Assembly (NCBI GenBank): GCA_001938485.1
Contig: MQRK01221138.1
Coordinates: 1 to 55,892 of the forward strand
Reading direction: 5' to 3'
DNA length: 55,892 nucleotides
Origin: Girardia tigrina
Taxonomy: Eukaryota
Shown: in pieces, positions 1 to 11,457 of the stretch
How the letters are laid out: each line of letters opens with the position of its first letter
Position numbering within the stretch: the first letter of the stretch is position 1
The notes under the pieces: model-generated
What the model was told of the DNA's origin: nothing
Seen by the model: the letters and a program-made list of their open reading frames with translations, nothing else
The model's database searches: none
Made by a program: the position numbers and the translations under genes

Positions 1-48
<48 letters not shown>
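1..48. repeat. (TA)n microsatellite
   Basis: Perfect AT dinucleotide run. Similar runs occur at about 28984-29012 and 38123-38241, the latter spanning a gap. Confidence 0.95.
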
Positions 49-51
<3 letters not shown>

Positions 52-810
52 TACTAGAAAGACGGCACATTTGAACTACCTAAAAGGACGGATGTGGTCA
101 TTTTGACCACATACATAACTATTGATAATTTTTCTTCTCATTTTTTATTTTCACTTACAGAACTGTGTCAAGTCATTTAAATTCGATTAAATGTGACATT
201 TATAGTCACTTCCAGGATCACACACACGTATATTATGGAGGGGTAGTACTGCATAAGATGTTATTTTTCGTTATTGGCAAATCAAACTTTTAAGTCCGAT
301 AAGCGAAAAATTTTAAACTATTATTCATTATAGATACCAATTTTTGAAAATGAAATTATATATTTTCGAGAAAAAAATTATTTGATTTTTTGATTAATAC
401 AGGTCCTCAAATTATATGAATAACATGATTCGTTAATTATTGTTGTCAAAAATATTTTTATTGATCCACGGATGGAATTTAATTTTCAAACATTTATTGA
501 TTATTGAAGTTTTATCAAGATTAGCTATATATAAAGTATTCAAATTTTTGCTCTTATTATAGGCATAGTTAGATCGTATGCACAATCATTATTTCATCCA
601 TGCCTCTTCGTCACATACTAGCTCAGTCATATGTTGAGAAGAGTGAGTCATCAAGTGAAGACGAAATCTTGCCATTGAGAGAGAGAATAAAGCGTGGAAT
701 TCTACCCACCAAGGAAAGTGGATGCGGATGGATGTAATAGTATCATATTGGTTTTCGAGACATAACAAGTCCTAAACTATATCGTTATGGTCAAAATTTT
801 ATTATACTTT
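52..810 (+). mobile_element. Probable piggyBac-like remnant
   Basis: TTAA at 48-51 is followed by tactagaaagacgg...ggtcattttgacc, which resembles a piggyBac terminus. An acidic stretch SESSSEDEILPL and HIGFRDITSPKLYRYGQNFIIL resemble the piggyBac FRQYxPxKPxKYGIKF motif. Confidence 0.4.
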
Positions 811-884
811 GAAAATGATATTTCCACAAAATATGATGAATTTTTGTAAATAATTATGTAATATTATCAATTATTTAAGGAATA

Positions 885-2195
885 CAGTGAATTTCCCATA
901 AGGTACACCATATTTGTCAAGAAAATTTTTCGAAAATGTACCTTATGAGGTGGTGTACCTTATATAGAATGTAAAATAAAGTTTTTGGTGCATTTTTTTC
1001 TAGAAATAAAAAGCAATGTTAAATAAAATAATAAAAATATTATATTTATTAATTATTAAATTTTACGAGAAAATCACTTGATATTTTTTGGAATATAAAT
1101 AGATTTCACCAAATGATAGTAATATAATTTTTTTTAAAAACGTTTATAGAAAAGATGTAAAATTTTAAAATAAAATGGAACAATTAAAGCATCAATCAAC
1201 GTTTATTTTTTTCATAAAAAAATCTGTAATTGATTTTTGTTTCGAATTCTTCTTATGTTGAGAAATAACATCCTGTTTCATTTTTAACAAATTTAATTCC
1301 CCTTCATATATATGTTTTTCTTTTGCATAAGTTATTAATTTCGTCAAACAATTTATTGCCTCGTCATTAGATATTAGAATTCCATTGATATTATTATTTA
1401 TTTCCACATTCTCGGGGTCGATCACATCATCTTCTTCAATAGGATAATCATCCTAAAACTCTTCAATTATAGCGTCGCATAAATCTTCAACCGCCGGCAT
1501 TTCAAATTCTGGTATAATTTCTTCGAATATCAAATTGTTACTCTGTATCCAAATATTTTCTGCTATCTCGGCAAGTTCATTCACTTGGTTTTCCATTTCA
1601 TTTAAATCATATTTAGTGATATCAGTATTTTTAGAAAATCCATAATTTTTAAAGCACTTCTGTATAGTTTCAGGCTTTATATCGTTCCATGCACTAGAGG
1701 AATTTTTAATCGCATCAAAAATATTCATTTTCTTAGCAAGTTCAGATTCATGCACTTTATTTTGATTTTTTTTTTAATAAAGTTAAAATCTGATACTTTC
1801 TGCAATATGCCTTTAAACTCCTTATGATCCCAGCATCGAGTGCTTGTAACACAGTGGTTAAATTAGATGGGAAAAAATTTAGCTTAATATTTTTCGTAGT
1901 TTAATATTTTTCTGTGTGACCCCCTGATATTTTTAAAATTAAAAAATGCTTTTAAATAAATATTATTTAAACAAATGAATTTTAATAATAATTTAAAATA
2001 ATTTTTAAAATAAAAAACAAGGGTTATAATAACATTATTTTGCTGATTTTCTTATTAAAAATGTACCTTATGGTGGTGTACCCAATGTAGAGAGGATTCC
2101 AAATCATTTTATGTAGTGATATACAAAAAATTATTTCCGTACCTTATATGGAGCTGTATCTTATATGGGGTGTACCTTATGGGGAGGTTACACTG
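885..2195 (-). mobile_element. pogo/Tigger-family DNA transposon, internally deleted
   Basis: TA-flanked TIRs cagtgaatttcccataaggtacacc / ggtgtaccttatggggaggttacactg, and subterminal tgtaccttat repeats. The minus strand encodes NIKLNFFPSNLTTVLQALDAGIIRSLKAYCRK (Tigger DDE motif), AWNDIKPETIQKCF, and a C-terminal KQKSITDFF. Confidence 0.9.
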
Positions 2196-2649
2196 TATAT
2201 TATTTTAAAAATATGAAATTTTACAAATAATCATATTTTACCTAGGAGTATAATATTTTGTACATAATTCTGACATTATTTAATAAAGTTTTAATCATAT
2301 AATTATAATCAGATGTCACTAATCGCTTAAGGAAGTTTTGTAAATAATAATAACTTAATATATTATCAATATGCTTGATATAAATGATAGTTCATAAATT
2401 TATCTATTCTGATAAAAGATTTTATTCATTTTTTGTCGGTTTATTATTTTTTGGCATTTTAATAGGATATGAATTAAAGTTTCGACACAAAGTTTTTTTA
2501 TAAAATCTGTATAAAACATGATGAGAAGCACACGAAAATTGATGATTATGACGATTAACACAGGGAATTTTAATACATGCATGAGGGAGAGCACGTTTCG
2601 AGATTCCAATTACACTGTTAGAGAATTAAAAAACTACAAAAATATGTTC

Positions 2650-2880
2650 ATCAGTATCACATCATCCCCGAACGATACTGTTCCGGCTGAAGGCTACTCA
2701 GTCGTCCTGGTCTCCAGAATCTAAGGGCGCTCCAGACCCAGAACTACATGGTAGATGTGGGGTAAGGGAGACGCGTCCGGCCGTCCGACATAATTAGAAC
2801 GGGTTGAGGTTAAACCCATAAAGACCTCTTGGGGCTCTGAGCAACCAAGAATATTCCAAAAAATGGACAGTCGTGACAAT
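2650..2880 (+). mobile_element. Possible RTE-type LINE 3' fragment
   Basis: GC-rich island translating as ...SRI*GRSRPRTTW*MWGKGD, similar to the RxRGRPRxTWxxxVxxD motif at the end of RTE ORFs. Confidence 0.3.
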
Positions 2881-3216
2881 TTAATTTAAAAGTATTGGAA
2901 GATAAAAATGTTTATTTACAATTGAATATTTATAAGAAGAATTCAAATAAAATATTTTAGGCTCAAAAAATATAGTTGCAAAAATAATTTTAAAAATAAA
3001 AACAGATTTTAAATAAAAAAATTGAGATTTTTAGTAATAATTATGAAAGAGAGTATGGAAATAATTTTTAAAAACTTACTATCAATACTAAAGACATTGA
3101 AAAAAATTAAGAATTTTCAAGTTAATTTATTCTTTCATTTAAGATTTATTTTATAACATATCATAGAAGCAGTGACGGTACGCGGACAAAAAAATTGGGG
3201 GCCCAAAGACCTATAT

Positions 3217-4400
3217 CAGTGTTTCCAAACCTTTTTTCGGAATCGCCCACTTTAGCATATTGCACTGACTCCATCGCCAACTTATACAAAATCTGCAAGG
3301 TAGATGATGCGGTGCTTCATATGAGGCATTGCCAGTTCTTGAATTTGGGCTTTATCTGTTATAAATTGACACACAGTTTCACACAGGGCTACGAAGCGAA
3401 GAAGACATTTAAATTTAGATAACCAGCAAATCTCTGTATAGAGAAGAAGTCGGACACATTTCTCATCCTCTTCCACTCATAGTTGACGGAAGAGTCGATC
3501 CATTTTCGCACTCGCTTTGATGGTATTGACGGCATGTATGACCAACTGCAAAGCGTCATGCAAGACTGCACTAAGTTGCTTGGATGCCAAATGTTGTCGG
3601 TGGAGGATGCAATGAATTTTAAACAATCCTGGGCCGCACTTTTGTAAACAATCCATGAAATCGAAATGAAGTCCAAACATGGCGGGAGCACCGTCGCTGG
3701 CACATATGGAAATGTTTTAAACAGGCATTTGTTTTTCATAAAGTAATCCAATAACTTCATCATATATTGACTTCGCTGTAGTGTCAGTGACCAGAGGTTT
3801 TGCAAAGAGAAACTCTTCCTTCATTTCATCTTCTTGTGGAAAGCGGACTAGGCTAGCAGTATTACTTCATTGTCTCGAATAACAGACTCGTTCACTTGCA
3901 AGGCAAAGTTGACATGTCGCAAGGTGTTCACTAACTGTTCTTCCATATCTGCTGTCATTTCATCAAGTCGACGATGTACAGAATTATTTAACAGTGACAT
4001 ATTGGAAAGGATTTCATTTGGATCCTTCTTCAGCATGGTTTTCATCCCGACTTCTATAGATAGACGAATGAGATTTTCTCGAATTGTATGGGGCTTAGAG
4101 TTAGCTTTTGCAATTAGAGAAGATATCTCGTAACTGGCTAGAAGTCCTGCTTGTGACATTGATGCATGCGATTTAAAGATGGAGGAAATAGTTAGACGAG
4201 CTTCGAAAATAGACAGTAGCTTGTTGAACAATTGGACATCGGAATTTTCTTTATCTGTATGTTCCTTAATTCGTGAAGGCTTCATCGCCTCGTTTGAAAA
4301 TGATTTCTGACAAAGGAGGTAAAGCGAAATGCGATCATCTTGCGGGGACTTCGTAAAATTGTACTTTAAGTACTCCACGTTATAAAAACGCGTGACAGCT
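3217..4400 (-). mobile_element. hAT Buster/Charlie (ZBED5/SCAND3-like) transposon, degraded, C-terminal half deleted
   Basis: Fragments EYLKYNF..LCQKSFSNEAMKPSRIKEH, ASYEISSLIAK..KPHTIRENLI, FALQVNES, HCILHRQHLA and LLLYTEICWLS. Charlie-type TIR cagtgtttccaaac at 3217. Stops and frameshifts present. A second hAT-like end (cagtgacgg) lies at about 3170. Confidence 0.88.
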
Positions 4401-5399
4401 TTTGTTTTTATCTATTTTTGAACGTTGGAAAGAGAGAGACATCTTAATCTTAGCAGCCAATGAGTGTCAATTGGTGACTATCTAGATCAAAATTGTTCAA
4501 TAAACGGATCTTGATGCACTTATTCTTAAATCGCCGACAATCGTTAATTTCAATGGGTATATGAGCGTGAAATGACCGAAGGAGTTTAATATTCTGCTCA
4601 AGTTTTCCAAATTTAATGCAAATATCGGACTTAAACATAAATATTTTACTGAGCATTCGAATGACTTTGAATTTTAAATATTTTTTTGTGTTTTCATTTT
4701 GTTCGTTGTATTGTGTGTTATTTGGGATACACAGAAGGCGGATTAATGTTTTTTAATAAGTTGTATTTTTGGTGAGAATTGATCAAAAAAGGAAATTAAA
4801 AATTAATTTATGTAAAGGGAAAAATGAAGTGTTTTTATGTTAAAAAAGGAAGAAATTATTATTAATAATTATTTTTGAAAAAGATAAAAACTAATTTATG
4901 AAAAACTGTTTTATCATTTAAAAATATTAATTAAAAATATTTAAATTATGATGGCGATGTTTGAAAATGTTGAAAGGATGTATGTGTCGATAAAAGTTTA
5001 AATTTAAGTGAATTTTGGTTTAATTGAAAGTGGATTTTGTCGAACCAAAAAAAACTGTTTTCTGTCGTGAATCGCTATTGTTTTTGTCGTTTTGAAATAA
5101 AAGAAAATAAAGTATTTCTGAGTTTTTTTAATTGACAAAATGATCCAATTTTCTAACGTAAAATTGTTGAACGATGAAGGCGCGTCGAAAAGTAAAGTGC
5201 GATAAGAGTGTATTCTCCTTGAGATACTCTATTGTATGAGCAGGAGAAACAATGAAAAAACGTGTGGACTGTTGAATTTTGATGGATGTGGCAGAGGAAA
5301 GATGACGAAATATCAACAGTTAGCGAGTCATGCTCAAGGCGACTGTTTGAGAAACAAAAAATTAAAGTTTTTACTTTTCGCTTTTCATTTTTGTTCTGG

Positions 5400-5760
5400 T
5401 AATAATATTGATAGTCTCTATGTCGCCAATTTCATCCTCAATATTCATCGAAAAATTTCAAAACCATTTCTGCCTGATAGTCTTTGCTCAAATACCGAAA
5501 AGGCATAGTTTTTGAGATGCAGTATATTCAGCAATGCTTCAGTAATGTATCTAGACGGGTTAACATATCGAACAATAAAAGAAAGCTAATCTTTCTTACT
5601 AAGGTCAGGCGAAGTATCCAAACATATGGAAAAATACTTAGTTAGCCTCACTTCAGAGGCTATAACATCCTCCAGCAACTGACCAAGAGTTTCAATCATA
5701 TCATTTTGCGATTTGGAGTATGTATAGTTTGGGTTAGCAAGTTGATTTTCTAAACTGTAA
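5400..5760 (-). mobile_element. hAT transposase fragment (ZMYM1/DUF4371-like)
   Basis: YTYSKSQNDMIETLGQLLEDVIASEVRLTKYFSICLDTSPDLSKKD*LS matches the YxSxxIQNEI...YFSIxxDxTxDxSxxEQLS motif. Confidence 0.75.
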
Positions 5761-5807
5761 CCCGAACCCGACCCGACTCGATACCGGTTTGGACTCGGGT
5801 TCGGGTT
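5759..5807. repeat. GC-rich hairpin/palindrome (aacccgaacccga...tcgggttcgggtt), likely a transposon subterminal repeat
   Basis: 13-bp perfect inverted arms built from CCCGA units. Confidence 0.7.
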
Positions 5808-5964
5808 TAAGTCACAATAGCCCATCTCTTCCAGGTAGCTGCTGAATGTCTAAAGGAGTGTTGGAAGGGACATATCGATGGTCGCGTACCGAAATAAAAT
5901 CACAAGAGGACGTGGTGGGTTTAACAGTGACAGAGTTAAAGCCTAAAAAAATCCACAAGAGTCC

Positions 5965-6834
5965 TGTGAAGGACAGGTTCATTCTTTAAATTTTTGAAAT
6001 AATTAATTTTTATAAATAATCTCTAAAATAAGGAAATATTTAAAATCAAAAGTTTTCTAAACAGTTATAACTAAAAAAATATCTTTAATTAATTTCAAAA
6101 AGTTATTTTCATAAATAATTGAATTTTAATTGTATTGTTTTAATTGTTTTGCATTTATTTTAAAAGTTATTCTGAAGAATAACTTTATGAAATTTTTGTT
6201 GTCAGAGATGTAATAAAAATGATAATTTTAAATTTAAAAGTCAGTTGGAAATTCTGCCAATTAAAATTCGATAAATAATTAATAAAAAATATATATAGAA
6301 ACTGCCATAAAAAATTTTATAATGAATGAATCATAATCAAATAATAATAAATTTAAATATTGCTTGAATTAAATATTTTTGTATTTTAAATTCGTATATT
6401 GAATTTTAAATTCGTAAATTGTATTTCAAAAATGTAGACATGTAAAACAAATGAAACGAATAAATAGTTAAAATAATTCTAGATAATGAAATGTTTTTTT
6501 TTTAAAAATTGAAATATTGATAATAAATAAAACGTTAAACTCTTTTTTGTTAATTTGGTTAAAATAAATTTTGCTGATTTTAGACTGATTTTAAATTAAA
6601 TTTTATCAAATAATAGAATGTTAATCTATGAAATTAATGAAAAAAATTCAATTTTTAAAATCTCGTTTTTAATAAATAGCTTATCAGTATTTATAATTGT
6701 ATATTTTTATGTATAAGAAATTTGATCAAAAGAAAACGAAAGTTCCTCAAGAAAAATTACTTAATTAATTGTTATTTGTGTTATTAATAAATTTTTGGTG
6801 TTAATGAATTATAATCTTTATCAAGAACCCAACA
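5965..6834 (+). mobile_element. Solo LTR (family A) inserted in gag of Gypsy 1
   Basis: TGT...ACA termini with a perfect 5-bp TSD AGTCC (5960-5964 and 6835-6839). The 3' end (aagttcctc...tcaagaacccaaca) is homologous to the LTR at 14398-15163. Removing it rejoins the gag frame (NPQES|NDSDVR). Confidence 0.88.
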
Positions 6835-9800
6835 AGTCCAATGACAGTGATGTTAGAACGGTGGAAGGGAATCGCCATAAAAGTTTCTCATCGCCGTCAA
6901 AGTTTAACGTCATGGGCTTCAGATGTCTTCAGAAAGATCATTTCACCAACGATTGTAGGAGCGGTCTAAAATGTAAAAGCTGTAAGGGTTACGTTCATGC
7001 TGCCAAGAATTGGCATTCTGGAAATGGAGACGGGAGTACCTTGCATTATAGGCCGGATGCACTCCTGAATTTAAGTTAATTATTAGGTTTCTTATCATCA
7101 ATGGCTGCGAAGTGGAAGCTTTAATTGATTCCAGCATGTCCAAAAATATAGTCGTAGACAAACCGTTAAAATTCGACAGAATGATAATCAGGGCCCCCAG
7201 ATTATTGACCTAAAATCTTAAATAATTGACCTAAAAACTATAAAAAATTGTATAAACGTGTATTTTGATAACAATGATGGATGATAGTAAAGTCCGAGCT
7301 TTGGAAAGTGAGTTGGGAATGATATTTGGTTACAAAAAATGTGCCACGTGGGGTTTGATTGTTGATAAAATGTTACCGGGTTTTAAAGCCATCATCGGCT
7401 TTGGCGTGATTCAAAAGTTAAGAGGTTTGATAATTGACAAAGAATCAGTTTTTCGTTATGAGAGAGTACATTACGCCGCAATCGATATTTCTGATCAAGA
7501 AAAGCTCAACCGACTAAAAATAATATAGACTAATTTCGAGGTATCATACGACCAGTGTTGGAAATTCCATTATCAGTTTGGATATTACAATGTTAGTGAA
7601 TCTGTAAAGGTCGAATTCGAGGAGGTTTTGGAACAGTGCACTGAGAAAGGATTCTTAATATCGTATGATGAACAGAGATATGGGCCTCCTAAGTGTACTA
7701 TTCCAATTTTTCCTTTTGTTCAGGTAAATAAATATATGGTCAAACGGGTGTGCGATTTCAGACATATCAATAAGTACGTGAATGTGTATAGTAAAAATAG
7801 TGCAGTTTGCGATGAGAAGCTTCGAAAGGGGAGACAAAGGTCCCTTAATTGTGCAATGTTTTGATTTAAAGGACGCGGATATGCAAGTGTTCATCGAGGG
7901 TGAAATGCTACCGTACCAAAAGGTATTGTATATCGATAAGAGATATGCGCTAACCAGAATTGGTTTCGGTTTAAATGCAGGATTGACAGTCATGACAAAA
8001 ATAGTAGAGAAAGATTTGTTGATGGAACCAGATATTAATGAAGCTGCTGATGTGTATATAAATGATATATTTGTGGATGAAAGTTAAGTACCAGTAAACA
8101 GAGTAAAAGAGCATTTGCTGAAGTTTGAGTTTGTTTCGATATATCCGAAAAGATTTCAACAACAAAATCAGTGAGAGTGTTGGGAGTCGAAGAGCACCGA
8201 GACAATCACGGCTGGGTTCGCTGGAGACGCGCAAACAGGTTGAATCTAAATTTTGACGATGACAAAACAAGACGAGATCTTTATTCTTTTTGTGGCCAAA
8301 TCACCAGAATCAAGCCAGTCTGCCACTGGTTACAAGTTACAACTTCATTTCTTAAACGACAATCTACCGGGGACTAGAATAGTTGAATTAACGAAGAGTT
8401 AAAGAAAGCGATAGGCGATATGGTTGAAAAGATTAATACAAAAGATTGCGCTAGCGGAACCTGGTCTGTTAAAAACGATCATAGAGCTACTGTGTGGTGT
8501 GATGCCGAAAGTTGGCATTTGGAGTTTGTTTAGATGTCGATGGACAGAGAATCGAGGATGCTTCATGGCTTTGTAAAGCCAATGGCTATAGGCACATACA
8601 TTTGGCAGAGTTAGAAGCAGTAGTTAAAGAGCTAAACTAAACAACTACATGTAACTTTACCGACATTGAACTGAGACTCAATAGTCAATTAGTTTGTAGA
8701 TGGATATCGAACGTAATCGATAACGTTCAATGAAATGAGATAAAGACTGACTCAGATATATTAATTTGTAAAAGATTTAACTTGCTTAAAGATATAGTTT
8801 CTGAATATAATTTAAAACAGTGTGTGGTCCACGTTACGTTTGAGATGAAAGATGTGACATCCTAACGAGAATCCCTCAAAAATTGTCTTTGTTAAGTCGC
8901 TCCGAAGCAAGTCATAATGTTCTTCTTTTTTAGAATTGGATATTGAAAATGTAAGGAGATTCATGACGGAACACATATGAAACGCCATCGATCAATTTAT
9001 CTAACGAAGGAATTCAATATTAATATTAGTGATAAAGACATTCGATAAATTATCCTTCAGTGTTATCAGGGACAATCCATATATCCAGCATCAGTCCAAT
9101 GGGAAAAGGGGAGTCCCGAAGTTGCGAAAGTTTAAGAATAATTGCTAACGATGTTAAAAAGTTTGAAGAGTCTAAGTATCTCACCTTCATTGACTGCGGA
9201 TCATCTAGATCTACAATTAGAGATGCTGGAGCTCTTGAAGTAATAAAGAATCTTAGAAACATTTTCTATGAACGTAATGCTTCTGATAAGTTGTTAGTGG
9301 ACAATTATTCGTCTTTTCATTCGAAAGCCTTTACATTTGAAATAAAGGAATGGAAAATAAATGTTATTTATCGAGCAGTCAATGGATTGAATTGGAATGG
9401 AATAATTGAAAGGAGTCACCGAACCGTCAAGGTACTAGTGACTATAGCGATCTATTGATGAATAACACTCCAGAATAAATGATAGGCCACCAGTCAAAAT
9501 CCTGCATGGGTATAAACATCGGTTGAAGTTGGTTGTTAACTCAACTGACCAAGCAGGTAAAGAAACTTTCTGCAGACAATTTTACAGAGGAAGATAAAAT
9601 TTGAGTGAAAGCAAACAAACTCAGCGCTGTGACGAAAGATGGACGGAAGAAGTCATTGAGGAAGTAATGAGTCCACTTAAATTTCTTGTATCCATAAAGA
9701 ATGTCGATTTGTTGCGTCATGTTGCTGATCTAAGATAACGATTTGAGTTGAATATCTCAGACCTGTGTGATTCTCCTCAACGAGTTAATACGGAATCAGT

Positions 9801-9881
9801 TGTTCGTGAATGCCAACCTCCGAGGAAATTTCATGATTATGTCTCATGGGACGATTTAGATTCTTCCGAATCTGGGGGAGG

Positions 9882-10101
9882 TGTAGAATGAAATTAAAGA
9901 GTTAAATGGGATTTAATGAGAATAATAGAAATTATTTAATAATTTAGTTTATTTGAATATTAGGAATTTTGTAACGCGGTTTAATTATTCATTTATCATG
10001 TGTCATAAATGAAAACGCGTGTTTATTTAATAAAAATATATTATTTGTGTCATTCGTGTTATTGTGTACTTAATTTCCGAAGCTATATTTTCATACTGAC
10101 A
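9882..10101 (+). repeat. 3' LTR of Gypsy 1 (about 220 bp)
   Basis: Starts with TGT directly after the PPT, contains AATAAA, and ends in tttcatactgaca, an imperfect inverted match to tgtagaatgaaa. Confidence 0.7.
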
Positions 10102-10281
10102 ATTTAAGTCATATGAAAGAGAATATTATAAAGTTTTATTATTAGGATAGACACTGGATAGTTGACTACTGTGGAATTTTGAACTTGGCACTAAATTTTT
10201 GGAGGAAATAATTTAGTTTATGCATGGAAACCTTCGCTGATCTTTGATATATGATTATCATGTGGAGGTATATTCTGACCA

Positions 10282-10314
10282 TCATTTGCATATCGGTAAG
10301 TGATCATTGATAGT
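10282..10314 (-). CDS. Candidate terminal coding exon of an unidentified Cys-rich gene (TINDHLPICK*)
   Basis: Minus-strand acceptor tttcag| in phase with the donor at 11208/11209; AATAAA at 10135-10140 downstream. Confidence 0.25.
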   Translation of the reverse strand, partial: TINDHLPICK

Positions 10315-11208
10315 CTGAAATTTAATTGATACATTTTATGGTTAAAAATATTGAATAAAATCACTTTAAGCTTAATTGAAACTAGAATGTAATACATTTT
10401 TGTTCAATTAAAAGAAACACTTTATCATTATCAGAACAGATGATTATTAAACAGAAAGTTTTGATTATGATTAATAATTTTATGCAGTGAATCAGTTATA
10501 GACTAAAGTTTATTAAAGTAAAATATAATTGGATAATAATGAACAAAATTAAATTACATCTTTTATGAATTAATTTGGTTTTTATTTCCTCATTTTAAAT
10601 ATTAATCAATGGTGATTCAAGGGTTGTTTGATTGAAATCGAAATGATTAAAATAATTATAACAGCGAATAACAAATCTGCAAAATTTATTTTTCAACAAA
10701 TACTATTTAAATAGATATTATTTAAACAAAAATACATCCGTATTTTTTCATGTTAAATATTTTATTTAATAAATATTTTCTTTAAATGTTTTTCAAAATA
10801 TTGTAAAATATTTAATATATAACAAAATTATGATAAAAATCAACAAAACATATGATTAAAATCATTTGATTTTTTAACTCATTACTTCCGATTTTTTTAA
10901 ATAAGTTTATTAAGATAATAACTTTATTATAAAAGTTTTATAGCATTTTTAAGTTCTGCTATACAAATATGAACATGGGAAGTTGTAGTGCTCAGAAAAA
11001 TTAACATTAAATAAATTGACATTAACATTAAATAAATTAACATTAAATAAACTTTCAATTTTGATTTTTGTTTAGTTAAACTAAAAGTGTAAAAAATCGA
11101 TGACAATTTTTAAATTTTTGAAAGTGGATTTGTGAATGTAAAAATAAATGTTCATTTTTATTCTCACCTTGTTATTTTTTATCATAAAAAAATAATACAA
11201 AAATCAAC

Positions 11209-11457
11209 CGCATATGAGAGCCACGAGATGGTGCCGCTCAACGGCAACTCAAACCGGTTGGACCGAATCCGGTTCCAACACTCCCCATCCGACGGTGTCC
11301 AACGGACCGACATGACCGCATCAGTCAGACCGACTGTACAATTGCGCTTTACGCCGTTGAAACGACAAGCATGTCTTTCCAGACACTGAGTCCCGGTACA
11401 ATTAAGAGGTTCTGGTTGCCGCCACTCGGTTCGGCAGTCGGTATTACAGAAGTAATG
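11209..11457 (-). pseudogene. Candidate exon of an unidentified Cys/Trp-rich extracellular-type protein, truncated at its 5' end by Gypsy 2
   Basis: GC-rich island open for 83 codons: HYFCNTDCRTEWRQPEPLNCTGTQCLERHACRFNGVKRNCTVG...DGECWNRIRSNRFELPLSGTISWLSYA, with 7 Cys and two NCT sequons. It ends at GCG|GTTGAT with an abrupt switch to AT-rich sequence. Confidence 0.4.

Larger units (their letters stand above)
5830..10101 (+). mobile_element. Gypsy/Ty3 LTR retrotransposon 1, degraded, 5'-truncated, interrupted in gag by a solo LTR
   Basis: RGG-rich gag with degenerate zinc knuckles (FRCLQKDHFTNDC; CKSCKGYVHAAKNW); protease ALIDSS; RT (CDFRHIN, FDLKDA, TRIGFGLN, YIND); RNase H (WCDA, IEDASWL, HLAELEAV); integrase (LTFIDCGS, DNYSSF, NGIIERSHRTVK). 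Polypurine tract gggggagg at 9874-9881. Confidence 0.9.

Noticed and set aside
2660-2870. Structured ncRNA or HDV-like ribozyme in a GC-rich island
   Set aside because: Hairpins exist but no recognisable ribozyme core or Pol III boxes; an RTE-like C-terminal coding motif explains it at least as well.
6165-6210. CTGAAGA...GAAA motif in a solo LTR
   Set aside because: Only a weak A/T stem II and no stem I or III; expected by chance.
7189-7265. CAGGG-starting insert in the Gypsy 1 protease
   Set aside because: Probably one end of a hAT MITE, but there is no second TIR or clean TSD, so it was not listed as a feature.
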